From Nemertoderma westbladi (taxonomy: Eukaryota; Animalia; Xenacoelomorpha): a stretch of 64,000 nt of DNA. Positions 1-12,409 of this stretch are shown piece by piece. Location of the stretch: assembly GCA_032718475.1 (NCBI GenBank), contig JAUCBJ010001214.1:1-64000 (forward strand). Direction: 5' to 3'. The translations under genes were made by a program, and so were the position numbers. Position 1 is the first letter of the stretch. Every line of letters starts with the position of its first letter. The notes under the pieces were generated by a model, which worked only from the letters and a program-made list of their open reading frames with translations, ran no database searches and was not told where the DNA came from.

Positions 1-1946
1 AAAAATGACGGTTTTTTGTCCGCCGTGTCCGTCGAGGGGATAGATTTGCTAATGTTAGAGTGGCTAATATCTTAGAATTCCGAGTCGCTCCCCTGGTGCG
101 AAAATAAAAAAAATTGGTCTCTTCCTTCATCGAAAAGTCCCCCAGAATCCCAAGTTAACCTATATAGTTAGCGATGGCCTGCGGCTTTAGGAGCGGCCGC
201 GGTATTCACCTCCCTCATAGCGGCCGCGGCGGTGTTGCGTCAAATGGAGAAATATTTATCCCACCTAGTAGATATGTCAATAAATATAATAGCACCAATT
301 TGGCAACATATTATATATGGCATTATATGAAAATTAATTTTTAAGCTACTAAACATCGTCTGGACTGTTTGAGAATAACCAAACCAAATATTTTTAAAAT
401 TGGCCCCAAAATGGCTCCGTAATGGCCAAAAGTGCCTTTTTGCGCCAAGGGCTATTTCTCCACTAATATTTGTTGAAATTTGTCGAAATTTGGAATATGG
501 GTTCAGAAGAACCCTGCATCCAATTCTTCTGAACAAATTTTGCCACAAATGGTCTGGAGCCTTTTTAGAACAAAAAGGCCCCAAAAAAGGGCCTTTTTTG
601 GGCCTTTTTTGATATAAAAGGCTCCAGGGAATTTCCAACCAAATTTGTTCAGAAGAAGTATGGAGAAGGGTAATCTTAACAAGTGTACCAAATTTCAACT
701 CATTTCATTTAAAACTGGCGGAGAAATAGCCCTTTTCATGAAAAAACGTCATTCTGAGATATGGGTGTTTAAAGTTTAAGGAACAATTCAAACCTTCCCG
801 CCATTTTAGATAATACCATTTTTCTGTGTTCAACGATAACTTTCTCAAAAATGAATGAAATTCAACGAAATTTTTCATGCTTGCTAAACATATAACTAGT
901 AAAACAACTTTCTAGCAATTGTATTCATATCTGTAATGTGAGAGCCTTTTTTATGAAAAGGGCCCCTTGCAATTGTAATATATAGTGCTGCTCGAAGGCT
1001 TTTCAAAACTTAGACCAGCTCTTACCTTTTGGGTAATAACTTGAGTTTGAGAAAAGATATGAGAAAACTGCCTGCAGATTTGTAATCTCCATTAAATTTG
1101 GCACATGATAGAATAAAAAAACTTTTTTGTCAATTTGCAAAATAGTATAATAGTAATTTGCATAAATTATACATTAATATATATATCATTAATAATATTA
1201 TGTAGGATAAAATTAAAGCCACAGAAGTATATATATTTCATTAGCCACTATACTAGTATACACTGGTTTGTGCGCGCCCTTTGTTTTGGTCGAATTTTTG
1301 GTTTATCTGTATACAATAATTTCTCAAAACCAAATTGCTTGAATTTTGTTTCGAAATAAGTGTAGGCAATTGTAATGAAACTGTCATTTCTGTAGTACTT
1401 AAATCATTCATCATTTATATCGCAATATGATTAAACAAATAATTGGTCTTTCTAATATTATATACTAATATTGTATAATTTAACCCTAACCATAGGCATA
1501 GCTGAATAATTCTATAAATTGTATAATTTAACCCTAACCATAGGCATAGCTGAATAATTCAATAATTGTATAAATACGTGCCGGTTAATCTGAATGCATT
1601 TTTTTTTTTTTTAAAGAAAGATACGCCCCCGTGCGGGGCAAATATATTAGCTCATTTGTCAGGGTAGAATCAACAGTGAATATATGGAATAAATTTACAT
1701 ACAGTGCACAAATTATACGAGTATAATACAGGAAATAGTATCTATCAGTATTTATGGTACAATAATCTAAGAGTCTCAATTAATTTAATATATAACATAT
1801 CATTAAAAGCACAAATAATAAAAACAGTTTATTCTCAACAAACATAATATAAAATAATATAAAATATATATTTTATTATATAAAAATTTTCAGTAAAATT
1901 GAGAGTGGGATAGATTATGAAAAATATAAAGGTTTACAAAGTTAAA

Positions 1947-4711
1947 TTATTCGTTTGCTAGTGCGGAGAGAGATGGGGATGAGGAGCATGATAGCACGTG
2001 GTACTTGTCTTCGCAACTTAGGTTACAGAATTTGCAAACACAAGAGACGGAGCGGTCATGGAAAGGGCGAGTGTTGGTGCAAAGCTTGTGATGAAAACCA
2101 TGTGAGGTGGTTCTTGTGATGACGTGACGGTTTTTCTGTCCGGTTCTAGTTCGGTCCGGTTAAGAAAACCTTCAGCAATGAAAGCGTTCTGGCGTTCGGT
2201 TCTGAAGGCTTTGTATTGTGAAATGGAATCGGAGTTGAACGAGTTCGGGAATTTAAGTAGAGTAGTCTCAGTGAGGGTTTTCTCGCCGACAAGGTTGTGA
2301 GCTAGGGTTGATGAGGCATTTAGTGGCAAGCCAAGCATTTTCTTCAAAAATGAAGATTTTATCATGTCTATGTTCTTTAGGTGTTTCAATTTTAAATATT
2401 TACCAAAAGTGGAGATTGCATAGAGGGCTTTTGGGGCTACTTTACTGTTAAAAATTTTCAGCCCAGTATCTACAGATAGTAGTGGTAATACAGATAGCGA
2501 TCCTATCAAGCTATAGCACTGACGTTTCTTTAGGTCTATGTGCTTTGAAAAGCACAGAGATGGTTGGACTATAACGCCTAAGTATTCGTAAGAATTATCA
2601 ATATGCACAATTTCGTCATTATATGTAAAAATATCGGTCTTTTTAAGAGGACCACCGTTTCTAAATTTTACAATCTTAGTTTTACGCAAGTTGACTGTCA
2701 TACCATTTTCTTGACACCATGTGTACACAGCATCTAGTGCCGATTGCACATCATAAGCGTTCGAAGAGTAAAATACAAGATCATCCGCGAAGAAAATCTG
2801 TTTTAAAGTAGATACTGCGGAACATAGGAAATGGCACAAATCGGCAATAAAAAGCACAAAAAGTGTAGGTGATAGTGAATCTCCCTGTAATATGCCTCTC
2901 AGTTGATCTATCACATTAGAATATTTAATGCCATCGAAAATACGGATATTATTCTTAAATAAACAACGGATAATATTGTATATCTTACCACGTACTCCTA
3001 GAGTATAAATTTTGTATAAAAGTTTAGCTCTAGGTACCATATCGAAGGCCTTTTTAAAATCGATAAAACATGCGTATACATGTCGATTCGAACGGTGTTC
3101 TGATTTGAGAGCTTGATTTATATCACTAAACAATTGACAGAGTGCATGTATTGTGGATCTACCGGGAATAAACCCATATTGGTTACAGGGAAAAACTTCA
3201 TAAATATTCAACCGTAATTTAGAGTTAATTATAGAAGTGAAAATTTTGAGAAACACAGAAATTAGGGCAATACCCCTATAGTTGTCAGGGTCGTAGCGCG
3301 ACCCCTTGCCTTTGTACAAAATATTTATAAAACTCGTCATCCATATGCTGGGTAACGCAGTGCAGTCCAAACAAACGTTATATAACAAAGTTAGGTAAAC
3401 TAAAATGAAGGGTAGGATTTCCTTTATGTGTTCGTAATAGAACCCATCCGGCCCCGAGGCTTTCCGGTTCTTAGTCCGCAACACAGCCTCGGATACTTCA
3501 TCTTCTGATATCCCCTTATTAAACCACTTGTCCTCAGTCAGTTCACTCAAATCGGGTGTAGGTGGGTCGCTACAACCTTCAGGATCGTTCTCAGTTCCAA
3601 CAAGATTGCGAAAGTGCGATTCGAGCACTTCCGCTTCAATTGGCGCAGAAGCTGGTTTTCTTCCTCGAAATAGCGTCCATGGGTCGATTTCTGCTGACTC
3701 TAAACGTTTTGTAACCTCTGTATTGCTATACTCTAGTTGCTTCTTCTTTATCAACCACTTGTATGCTTTCCTAGCTGCCCAGAAATGGGATTCTGACTCT
3801 GCTGAAGCTTTCCGGTTTTCCATCAGGTTTAGTAGATTTCGTTTCGCTGTGATACAATCGTCATCGAACCACTCCTTACTGGCGTTTCGTTTATGCCGTT
3901 TCATCGTTGTCGAATCTCGGATTGCTTGGTTGATTAGGCCCCATAAGTGATCTACAGAGTCACTAGCAGCAGTACTTGTGTTAAGAATAGCCAGATTTTC
4001 GTGTTGCGTAAACGTAGCAATATTTACCTTGCGAGATAGTGGGGGCGATTTCATTTGTGGAGGGGGAGGCCTTTCAGCGTCCAGAAGGACAGCTACAGAC
4101 AACTGTTGGTGTTTCCTGATGGGTGAATCGAGAACACGCACTGATGTTGAGCCAGCTAATCCCTTTGCAAAGACAATGTCGATGATGCTGGATCCTTGGG
4201 GTGATATATATGTAGGTTTGCCAGGGGTTTCGTACTCTAACCTCTCGAATCCCAATGTCTGGAGGCCAGCGTTTAACTCTTTCCCGCGGTTACCTTTGTC
4301 TAGTCGGCAATTAAAATCGCCAGCCAGGACTGTAGGAGTTGGTTCGGTATGCGAAAGTGATTCTGATATCACAAATAATATATCTGCAATTGCCGTCTCG
4401 GGGATAAAATAGTATACGATAAAGTAAGCTGCGCTTGTCTTGCATATAATATAGTTCTCAGTATGTACCTTCATCGATGGGTTTAACTGTGGAGTTGCAA
4501 GGAGCATAAGGCCACGGAAGGGTTTACCTCTGGGATATTGTTCCGCTGGGTGACCATAGGTATAATAGCCAGGATTTTCCTGCGCATCTGAAGTGAGAAA
4601 AGTCTCTGCGAACATTATTATATCATTGTTATTGTATAGTTCTTCATGGTTCAAGGATTCTTTGACAAATTTAAAACCTTCTACATTCCAGAATGATATC
4701 GAGACCCGGAG
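1947..4711 (-). pseudogene. LINE ORF2: AP endonuclease, reverse transcriptase and C-terminal CCHC, with one frameshift near 2150
   Basis: APE motifs ISFWNVEG, FAET, LAGDFN, TY..PQGSSIID. RT motifs DPDNYRGIAL, FIDFKKAFD, GILQGDSLSP, FADD. A shifted frame encodes CKFCNLSCEDKYHVLSC up to a stop at 1947-1949. Confidence 0.9.
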
Positions 4712-5530
4712 TCACGGCTGTTGTTGCTGTATCAGGGTACCTTGCATACCCAGACTAGGATCATTACGTGGTGGCCTGGGTTTCATCCCGAGGGTCAATC
4801 TTTCTTCATTTGAGAGCCAGTAGTTACGGATAACTGTATTGTCCGGCCACAGGTCGGGGTCCATTAGCGATTCACGGTTCTGCTGAGTGCACACGATGTG
4901 GAAGCTGTGAGCATTCTCTGTCGGTGGGCGGGCAATTACCGACTCGAAGTGGACTTCTTGCCCGCTCAGAAAGCTCTCGATGTCAGCCGCGGATACAGAC
5001 TTCTCTATATTTCCTATGTAGATGTGTGACATATAGGGGCTCCGCCGGGGGACTGCACGGATGGGGCCATCAAGTCGCCTACCACGTGCAGTTCCAGTTG
5101 TGGAGGCTCTTTCTGGTTTGTTCTGAGTTGCTGGCGGCCGTTCTTGCACGCGGTGGTGTGCCGGCACCGTAGTTCGGATACTGCAACCTGCCGCTAGAGA
5201 CGATGGGTTTGCTGTTAAGGGTACCGGTACTGGTAGCCCACTTCGGACAGCTCCTGAGTACGACCTTGGTGCGTCTGTGCATGGAGAAGTCGTAGGCGAC
5301 CGAATGAATCTTAGAAGTTCATCCTTGGCAGAAATAGCTTCACTTTGTGCCCGTGCAACCCTACTGATAGCTCTAGTAAACAGAGCGGACATTCCAAGTA
5401 GTTCTTCCGTTATTACTTTCTCATCCTCATTTGAGACAGATTTCTTGCTTTTGCAGTCCCTTAATTTGGCCAGAATTTTCTCTTGTAGATGAAGATATTC
5501 CTCAACACCTACAGGATCGGTGACTTCCAT
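4712..5530 (-). CDS. LINE ORF1 protein (coiled coil plus C-terminal RRM-like domain)
   Basis: ATG at 5530 (MEVTDPV). The C-terminal HIYIGNIEKSVSAADIESFL...SFHIVC...LMDPDLWPDNTVIRNYW pattern is typical of RRM-type LINE ORF1 proteins. Confidence 0.8.
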   Translation of the reverse strand: MEVTDPVGVEEYLHLQEKILAKLRDCKSKKSVSNEDEKVITEELLGMSALFTRAISRVARAQSEAISAKDELLRFIRSPTTSPCTDAPRSYSGAVRSGLPVPVPLTANPSSLAAGCSIRTTVPAHHRVQERPPATQNKPERASTTGTARGRRLDGPIRAVPRRSPYMSHIYIGNIEKSVSAADIESFLSGQEVHFESVIARPPTENAHSFHIVCTQQNRESLMDPDLWPDNTVIRNYWLSNEERLTLGMKPRPPRNDPSLGMQGTLIQQQQP

Positions 5531-5691
5531 ATTAAAAATAGTTAATATCGTAATTAAATAAAATGCGAAATGTTCAGTATAATCAATACAGTATAACAAT
5601 TATTCTAATTCAACTCAAATTTTCCGTTTTTGAAGTGTTAAAATTGGGTTAAAATCTATAATATAAAGACGCTCTTCAACTATATACACAA

Positions 5692-7610
5692 CACTATTTG
5701 TAAGTGTTGACTATTTCGAAATGTTGACTATTTCGAAGTGTGGACTATTTCGAAGTGTTGACTATTTGGAAGTGTTGACTATTTGGAAGTGTGGACTATT
5801 TCGAAGTGATGACTATTTCAAAGTAAAGTGATGACTATTTGGAAGTGTGGACTATTTCGAAGTGTTGACTATTTCGAAGTGTGAACTATTTCGAAGTGTG
5901 GACTATTTCGAAGTGTTGACTATTTGGAAGTGTGGACTATTTCGAAGTGATGACTATTTCAAAGTAAAGTGTTGACTATTTGGAAGTGTGGACTATTTCG
6001 AAGTGTTGACTATTTCGAAGTGTGGACTATTTCGAAGTGTGGACTATTTCGAAGTGATGACTATTTCAAAGTAAAGTGTTGACTATTTGGAAGTGTGGAC
6101 TATTTCGAAGTGTGGACTATTTCGAAGTGTGGACTATTTCGATGTGTGGACTATTTGGAAGTGTGGACTATTTCGAAGTGTGGACTATTTCGAAGTGTGG
6201 ACTATTTGGAAGTGTGGACTATTTCGATGTGTGGACTATTTCGAAGTGTTGACTATTTGGAAGTGTGGACTATTTCGAAGTGTGGACTATTTGGAAGTGT
6301 GGACTATTTGGAAGTGTGGACTATTTCGAAGTGATGACTATTTCAAAGTAAAGTGTTGACTATTTCGAAGTGTGGACTATTTCGAAGTGTTGACTATTTG
6401 GAAGTGTGGACTATTTCGAAGTGATGACTATTTCAAAGTAAAGTGTTGACTATTTGGAAGTGTGGACTATTTCAATGTGTGGACTATTTCAAAGTGTGGA
6501 CTATTTCGAAGTGTTGACTATTGGGAAGTGTGGACTATTTCGAAGTTATGACTATTTCAAAGTAAAGTGTTGGTTGACTATTTGGAAGTGTGGACTATTT
6601 CGAAGTGCTGACTATTTGGAAGTGTGGACTATTTCGAAGTGTTGAGTATTTCGAAGTGTTGACTATTTCGAAGTGAGGACTATTTCGAAGTGTTGACTAT
6701 TTCGAAGTGTTGACTATTTCGAAGTGTGGACTATTTCGAAGTGTGGACTATTTCGAAGTGTGGACTAATTCGAAGTGTTCGAAGTGTTGACTATTTGGAA
6801 GTGTTGACAATTTCGAAGTGTGGAATATTTCCAAGTGTTGACTATTTGGAAGTGTGGACTATTTCGAAGTGTTCGAAGTGTTGACTATTTGGAAGTGTTG
6901 ACAATTTCGAAGTGTGGAATATTTCCAAGTGTTGACTATTTGGAAGTGTGGACTATTTCGAAGTGCTGACTATTTGGAAGTGTGGACTATTTCGAAGTGT
7001 GGACTATTTCGAAATGTGGACTATTTCGAAGTGTTGACTATTGGGAAGTGTGGACTATTTCGAAGTGTGGACTATTTCGAAATGTGGACTATTTCGAAGT
7101 GTGGACTATTTCGAAATGTGGACTATTTCGAAGTGTTGACTATTGGGAAGTGTGGACTATTTCGAAGTGTGGACTATTTCGAAATGTGGACTATTTCGAA
7201 GTGTTGACTATTGGGAAGTGTGGACTATTTCGAAGTGTGGACTATTTGGAAGTGTGGACTATTTCGAAGTGTTGACTATTGGGAAGTGTGGACTTTTTCG
7301 AAGTGATGACTATTTCAAAGTAAAGTGTTGACTATTTCGAAGTGTTGACTATTTCGAATTGTGGACTATTTCGAAGTGTTGACTATTTCGAAGTTTTGAC
7401 TATTTCGAAGTGTGGACTATTTCGAAGTGTTGACTATTTGGAAGTGATTTCTATTTCAAAGTAAAGTGTGGACTATCTCGAAGTGTTGACTATTTCGAAG
7501 TGTGGACTATTCGAAGTGATGACTATTTCTAAGTAAAGTGTTGACTATTTGAAAGTGTGGACTATTTCGAAGTGTGGACTATTTCGAAGTGTGGACTACT
7601 TCGAAGTGTT
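5692..7610. repeat. 17-bp satellite (GACTATTTCGAAGTGTG) with periodic 22-bp variant units
   Basis: Directly visible tandem array, with a recurring GACTATTTCAAAGTAAAGTGTT variant. Confidence 0.97.
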
Positions 7611-9414
7611 GTTATATTATTAATGGTTATATAGATAAAGTGTGTGTAAACAATGATCGAACATTTTATTTTATTTAACTTCATCCATTGTTTTATTCGT
7701 TTATTTGTTGTATCTCCCGCAGTCTCAACCGCGACTAATAAGTAAATAGATAAAGTGTGCGAAATTGTCTCCCTTACCAATGCTTTCAGTTGCTCAATAT
7801 GTAGAACACCATTGGATCTGCTCCTCCCAACTTAGCCAATGGCATAAACATCCGTTTGGGTCGAATTCTTAGTTTTCCCTAGACTGCCGCAGGTAATCAA
7901 TCAGACTATATAGCTAAAAATTTAGTGCGAAGTTGTTGCCATCCAATCTGACTAACTGTAGCTAAAATTATATCCAAGCATATAACTTTTTGTTATAACA
8001 CCAATAAAAAACTAAGAATCTGGTCCCTAAAGCCTCGAATAAGCCGTAAGGAAACGCAGATGGGCTACTATCTCTTTTTTACGGCCAATTTGACAGATAG
8101 GCAAAGTTAATACAATTATCGAAGTGCGAAACCTGGAATCCCAATCCAGAAATACTGATAAAAGTCACAGCTAGCTTCCTGATAAGCAACCCATTTCCCA
8201 TGGCACGTAATGGCGAACTCGTCAATAGGACAGTGGATGAGACCTAAGAGATAGAGCGTGTAACTTCGGTCAATAATTCATGCAGGTCCGGTGTGTGATT
8301 TGGAATGGCGGATTCCATTGTGAGAGAAATTATATGTGACTCTGGGCGGAGATCCCTCACAGGCACTCACTTACTTTGCATATAAATAATATTAACTTTG
8401 TATTCCATTACATTGTCAGCCATTGACGTGTGGCACTTTTACTCAGCTAACACAATTTATTCATTCTGTAAAGTAAAAAAATGTTTTCATTGCTAATGTT
8501 ATATTATTTTTTTAATAGATTCATGTAGAAATTGACCAGATATGTTTCCAGTGATAGATTATTTAATGTGGATCCAACACCAACAGGCTGTTATATTCTC
8601 TAATAACAGTGCCCGGCAAGAGCCTCGTGCTTGTAGTGTATCGCTTTTGTAAATGCGTTGTTACTGAATTTCTCATACAATGAACCCGGCGTTGCATTCT
8701 TGTCTAATTGCCATCCAGTGATCCAGAGATTTGACAGAAGTCTATATATATGGCTTGGCTAACAGTTAATAAGGTCATCATCGACTAAATACACTGACGG
8801 TCTATGCGACAAGACCCACCTGAGGGAATCCATATTTGTAGTTTTATAGCGCCGACCTTATAATAACATCAGTCTATCCTGGACTGTTGAATAGATTCTT
8901 GGACTTGGACCTTCCTCCTGCAGTCATTAATACCTAATTGATTGGTCTTAAGGGGAAATTCGGCAAATAGCATCTGATTACTAGCAGATATAAAACACTG
9001 TAACCTACTTACTTTAGTTTATTGTTTTGGTTAGAATAAAGTGCCACTGTAACCTGCTCATTTCACTACGTTGATAATATAACATTGAGGCGAGATATGA
9101 ATGCCCCAAGATGTGAATCGCGTGATGTGAAATGTGAAATATTGTTGAAATCCAGGAGTATAACAACTGCAGTGTCAATCAGTTTCAATTTCAACAAATT
9201 AACGTGACAGTCCCAAATGCTTAGAAACATGATAGATAAAGTTAACAATCAATTAGTTAGTTACAATAACTTATTGTCACTAATAGGTTAATTATTGTTT
9301 GTTTATGATGTTTGTTTATGATATAATAATTTTTACACTTTGTACCATTATAATAGGCGTGGTTTCTGCTTTAGTTTTTAATTGTTTTATATAATTAATA
9401 CTTGATCTACATAA

Positions 9415-10593
9415 ATGGAGAGTGACTGCTCAAAAATCAACCAATTTAAAAACATTATGTCGGATATAAGTTTTAAAATATTTACGGCTATAAACTTTGT
9501 TACGGCAATCCTGATATTTCTACTTTTGATACTCACCACGAAATGTGTACTAAAGAATAGACACTCCGTTACCAACATACTAATTGCGGGACTTCTAGTT
9601 TTCGACATGTGTGGTTGCTGGGCAGCCATTATCAACGCTGTTGTTAATGTAATACAAATATGTTCGACAAACTCCTTCGCAATAAACCAACACAATCACG
9701 TCTCGGATAACTGCCCTATCATTAAGTTTTTACACGACTTCCTACAAGAATTATTAATAACTCTTAATTTCTACGGAAGCATAATTATGGCCTTTCTAAT
9801 ATCTATTGATCGCTTTTTTTACGTGAAGCATTGCATTCGCTATTCAACCATGGTAACATTGTGTAGAGCTGGAATCGTCATTGGTATCTGTTGTGGAGTT
9901 GTTTGTATAACAGCTATAATACGTGCAATATTTAATTACTGGGAACTTGAATCAGACGATACAAAATTCGCGAGATATTTCATTCAAGATATCTGTTTTA
10001 TAGTTCTTCCTTTGGGGACCGTGGTTCTAAACAGCCTCGTTATGGCGACGGCCTACCAACAACAGAAGATAATGTGCGCGACGCCGTTTAAACTAGAGAC
10101 AAGTTTGCGGATTAAGAGAGAACGAACGAGGCGTTATCGTAAACACCACAGACGAGCAAACAGACGAACTACGTCCAAAGGGATGCGAGTTAGGGATTAC
10201 CAGTTCCGTATGCGAATGAGACTTGCATTGAGTCTGTTAGCGATAACTTTCGTTAATATTATATGCTGGGTCTCCCAGAATATTTGTTGGCTTGTTTTCG
10301 ACATACGAAAACTAACTGAAGATTTTGAGTCTGTTGCTAGGGCAACCCATGAGAATGTTTGCGCGTGGTTGAGACTGTTATCATTGTATAATTTTGTGTT
10401 CGATTTCATTGTTGTAATGTTTTGGAAACCTTCAATAAGAAGACATCTGTTTTATAATCTACACGATATGTGGATATTTGTAAATGAAATTAGTTTCCAT
10501 CGCAGAAAGAAATCCGTTTATTCTAAATCGACTACTCCCTTTACAATGCCACCTATACCCCCTCCCGCTGTCGTTGTAACTACGCCGTCATAG
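9415..10593 (+). CDS. Intronless class A (rhodopsin-like) G-protein-coupled receptor, orphan, 392 aa
   Basis: Seven hydrophobic segments, TM2 LLVFD, TM3 SIDRF (DRY-like), TM6 FVNIICW, basic third intracellular loop. The NPxxY motif is degenerate. Confidence 0.85.
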   Translation: MESDCSKINQFKNIMSDISFKIFTAINFVTAILIFLLLILTTKCVLKNRHSVTNILIAGLLVFDMCGCWAAIINAVVNVIQICSTNSFAINQHNHVSDNCPIIKFLHDFLQELLITLNFYGSIIMAFLISIDRFFYVKHCIRYSTMVTLCRAGIVIGICCGVVCITAIIRAIFNYWELESDDTKFARYFIQDICFIVLPLGTVVLNSLVMATAYQQQKIMCATPFKLETSLRIKRERTRRYRKHHRRANRRTTSKGMRVRDYQFRMRMRLALSLLAITFVNIICWVSQNICWLVFDIRKLTEDFESVARATHENVCAWLRLLSLYNFVFDFIVVMFWKPSIRRHLFYNLHDMWIFVNEISFHRRKKSVYSKSTTPFTMPPIPPPAVVVTTPS

Positions 10594-11165
10594 TTTATTG
10601 TGTAATAATAATTTGTTTGTGATATTTAATTTTATTATTATTTATTATTTTATTTCAATTCATTATTATTTCTAGGCAACTATATATGCAGGACAATGAC
10701 TTTTTACAATAATATTTTTTTGTTATAATCGCGTTATTCGAAGATCGTTGATATTTATTTGGATTTGACCGGGTTTATTTCAGGTAATTAATTAGCACTC
10801 TATAATTGTAACAAATACTATACCATGTATGGCAACATAGATGATATTGAATGGGGGAATGACGCTCACCATGAACTACTATGTCCATGCTTAGTATCTT
10901 CCGTTAGATAGATCTTCTTCGCATATCATAATACAATTCTTATTACAATAAAAGTAATGTAATAACTTTCCGCAATGTTTAAATTTTGGAATACATTTAC
11001 GTACAGCGATGCACCGTACACCGTAAATTTAAATATATTTTTAGTTTCCAACTACTCTTTTCCCACAAGTCTCACGATAATAACGGTTTTAAGGGGCCCG
11101 GACGTTCCGGTTAAAGGAGCGCCGTCTATTAGTTTGTACCTTCGATTTGAAATTTTAACTTGTTA

Positions 11166-12240
11166 GGTCAATGGGTACAACGAGTCAAAGGGAACAAAAC
11201 GAGCCAAAGTGTACAATATCAAAGGGCACAACGAGTCAAAGGGAACAAAACGAGTCAAAGTGTACAACATCAAAGGGTACAACGAGTCAAAGGGAACAAA
11301 ACGGGTCAAAGTATACAACATGAAAGGGTACAACGAGTCAAAGGGAACAAAACGTGTGAAAGGGAACAACATGAAAGGGCACAACGAGTCAAAGGGAACA
11401 AAACGAGCCAAAGTGTACAACATCAAAGGGCACAACGAGTCAAAGGGAACAAAACGGGTCAAAGTATACAACATGAAAGGGTACAACGAGTCAAAGGGAA
11501 CAAAACGAGCCAAAGTGTACAACATCAAAGGGTACAACAAGTGATAGGGAACGAAACGAGTCATAGGGTTCAACATGAAAGGGTACAAACGAGTCAAAGA
11601 CAACAAAACGAGTCAAAGGGTACAACATGAAAGGATACAAACGAGTCAAAGGGAACAAAACGGGTCAAAGTATACAACATGAAAGGGTACAACGAGTTCA
11701 AGGGAACAACGAGTCAAAGGGTACAACGAGTCAAAGGGAACAAAACGAGCCAAAGTGTACAACATCAAAGGGCACAACGAGTCAAAGGGAACAAAACGAG
11801 TCAAAGTGTACAACATCAAAGGGTACAACGAGTCAAAGGGAACAAAACGAGTCAAAATATACAACATGAAAGGGTACAACGAGTCAAAGGGAACAAAACG
11901 AGTGAAAGGGAACAACATGAAAGGGCACAACGAGTCAAAGGGAACAAAACGAGCCAAAGTGTACAACATCAAAGGGTACAACGAGTCAAAGGGAACAAAA
12001 CGAGTCAAAGTATACAACATGAAAGGGTAGAACGAGACAAAGGGAACAAATCGAGGCAAAGGGTACAACATGAAAGGGTACAACGAGGCAAAGGGAACAA
12101 AACTAGTCAAAGTGTACAACATGAAAGGGTACAACGAGGCAAAGGGAACAAAACGAGTCAAAGGGTACAACATGAAGGATACAACGAGTCAAAGGGAACA
12201 AAACGAGTCAAAGGGTAGAACAGGAAAGTGTACAACGAGA
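11166..12240. repeat. Satellite of ~17-bp subunits (GAGTCAAAGGGTACAAC-like) in a ~51-bp higher-order period; inverse relative of the downstream array
   Basis: Tandem array. Its reverse complement (GTTGTACCCTTTGACTC) resembles CTGTTGTACTCTTTGAC of 12410-23440. Confidence 0.92.
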
Positions 12241-12241
12241 T

Positions 12242-12341
12242 TTAAAACTGTCATGTAACTCTAACCCTAAGTCATAATCTGAGAAATTTAGCGGAATTTC
12301 TTAGATTATGACTTAGGGTTAGAGTTACATGACAGTTTTAA
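12242..12341. repeat. Inverted repeat/hairpin with 39-bp perfect arms
   Basis: ttaaaactgtcatgtaactctaaccctaagtcataatct (12242-12280) pairs with 12303-12341. Confidence 0.95.
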
Positions 12342-12409
12342 TTAGGGTTGAGGCCGCCACTACTGTAACCAGCGAGTTTCATACAGTATATAAATACATG
12401 TTGTTCACT

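Larger units (their letters stand above)
1599..5690 (-). mobile_element. Near full-length non-LTR retrotransposon (APE-RT LINE; RTEX/Proto2/L2-like, clade uncertain)
   Basis: ORF1 plus APE-RT ORF2 on the minus strand. AT-rich 3' UTR with a GC hairpin (gcccc-cgtgc-ggggc, ~1625-1639) and a 14-nt poly(A) tail (T-run 1599-1612). The 5' boundary is approximate and abuts the satellite. Confidence 0.9.

Noticed and set aside
1-1100. Short ORFs and palindromic AAAAGGCCC/GGGCCTTTT motifs
   Set aside because: Probably a non-autonomous DNA element remnant, but neither ends nor family could be defined from the sequence.
12260-12350. Telomeric TTAGGG/CCCTAA motifs (also ~1480-1540)
   Set aside because: Only one or two units inside hairpin or duplicated segments; not a telomere array.
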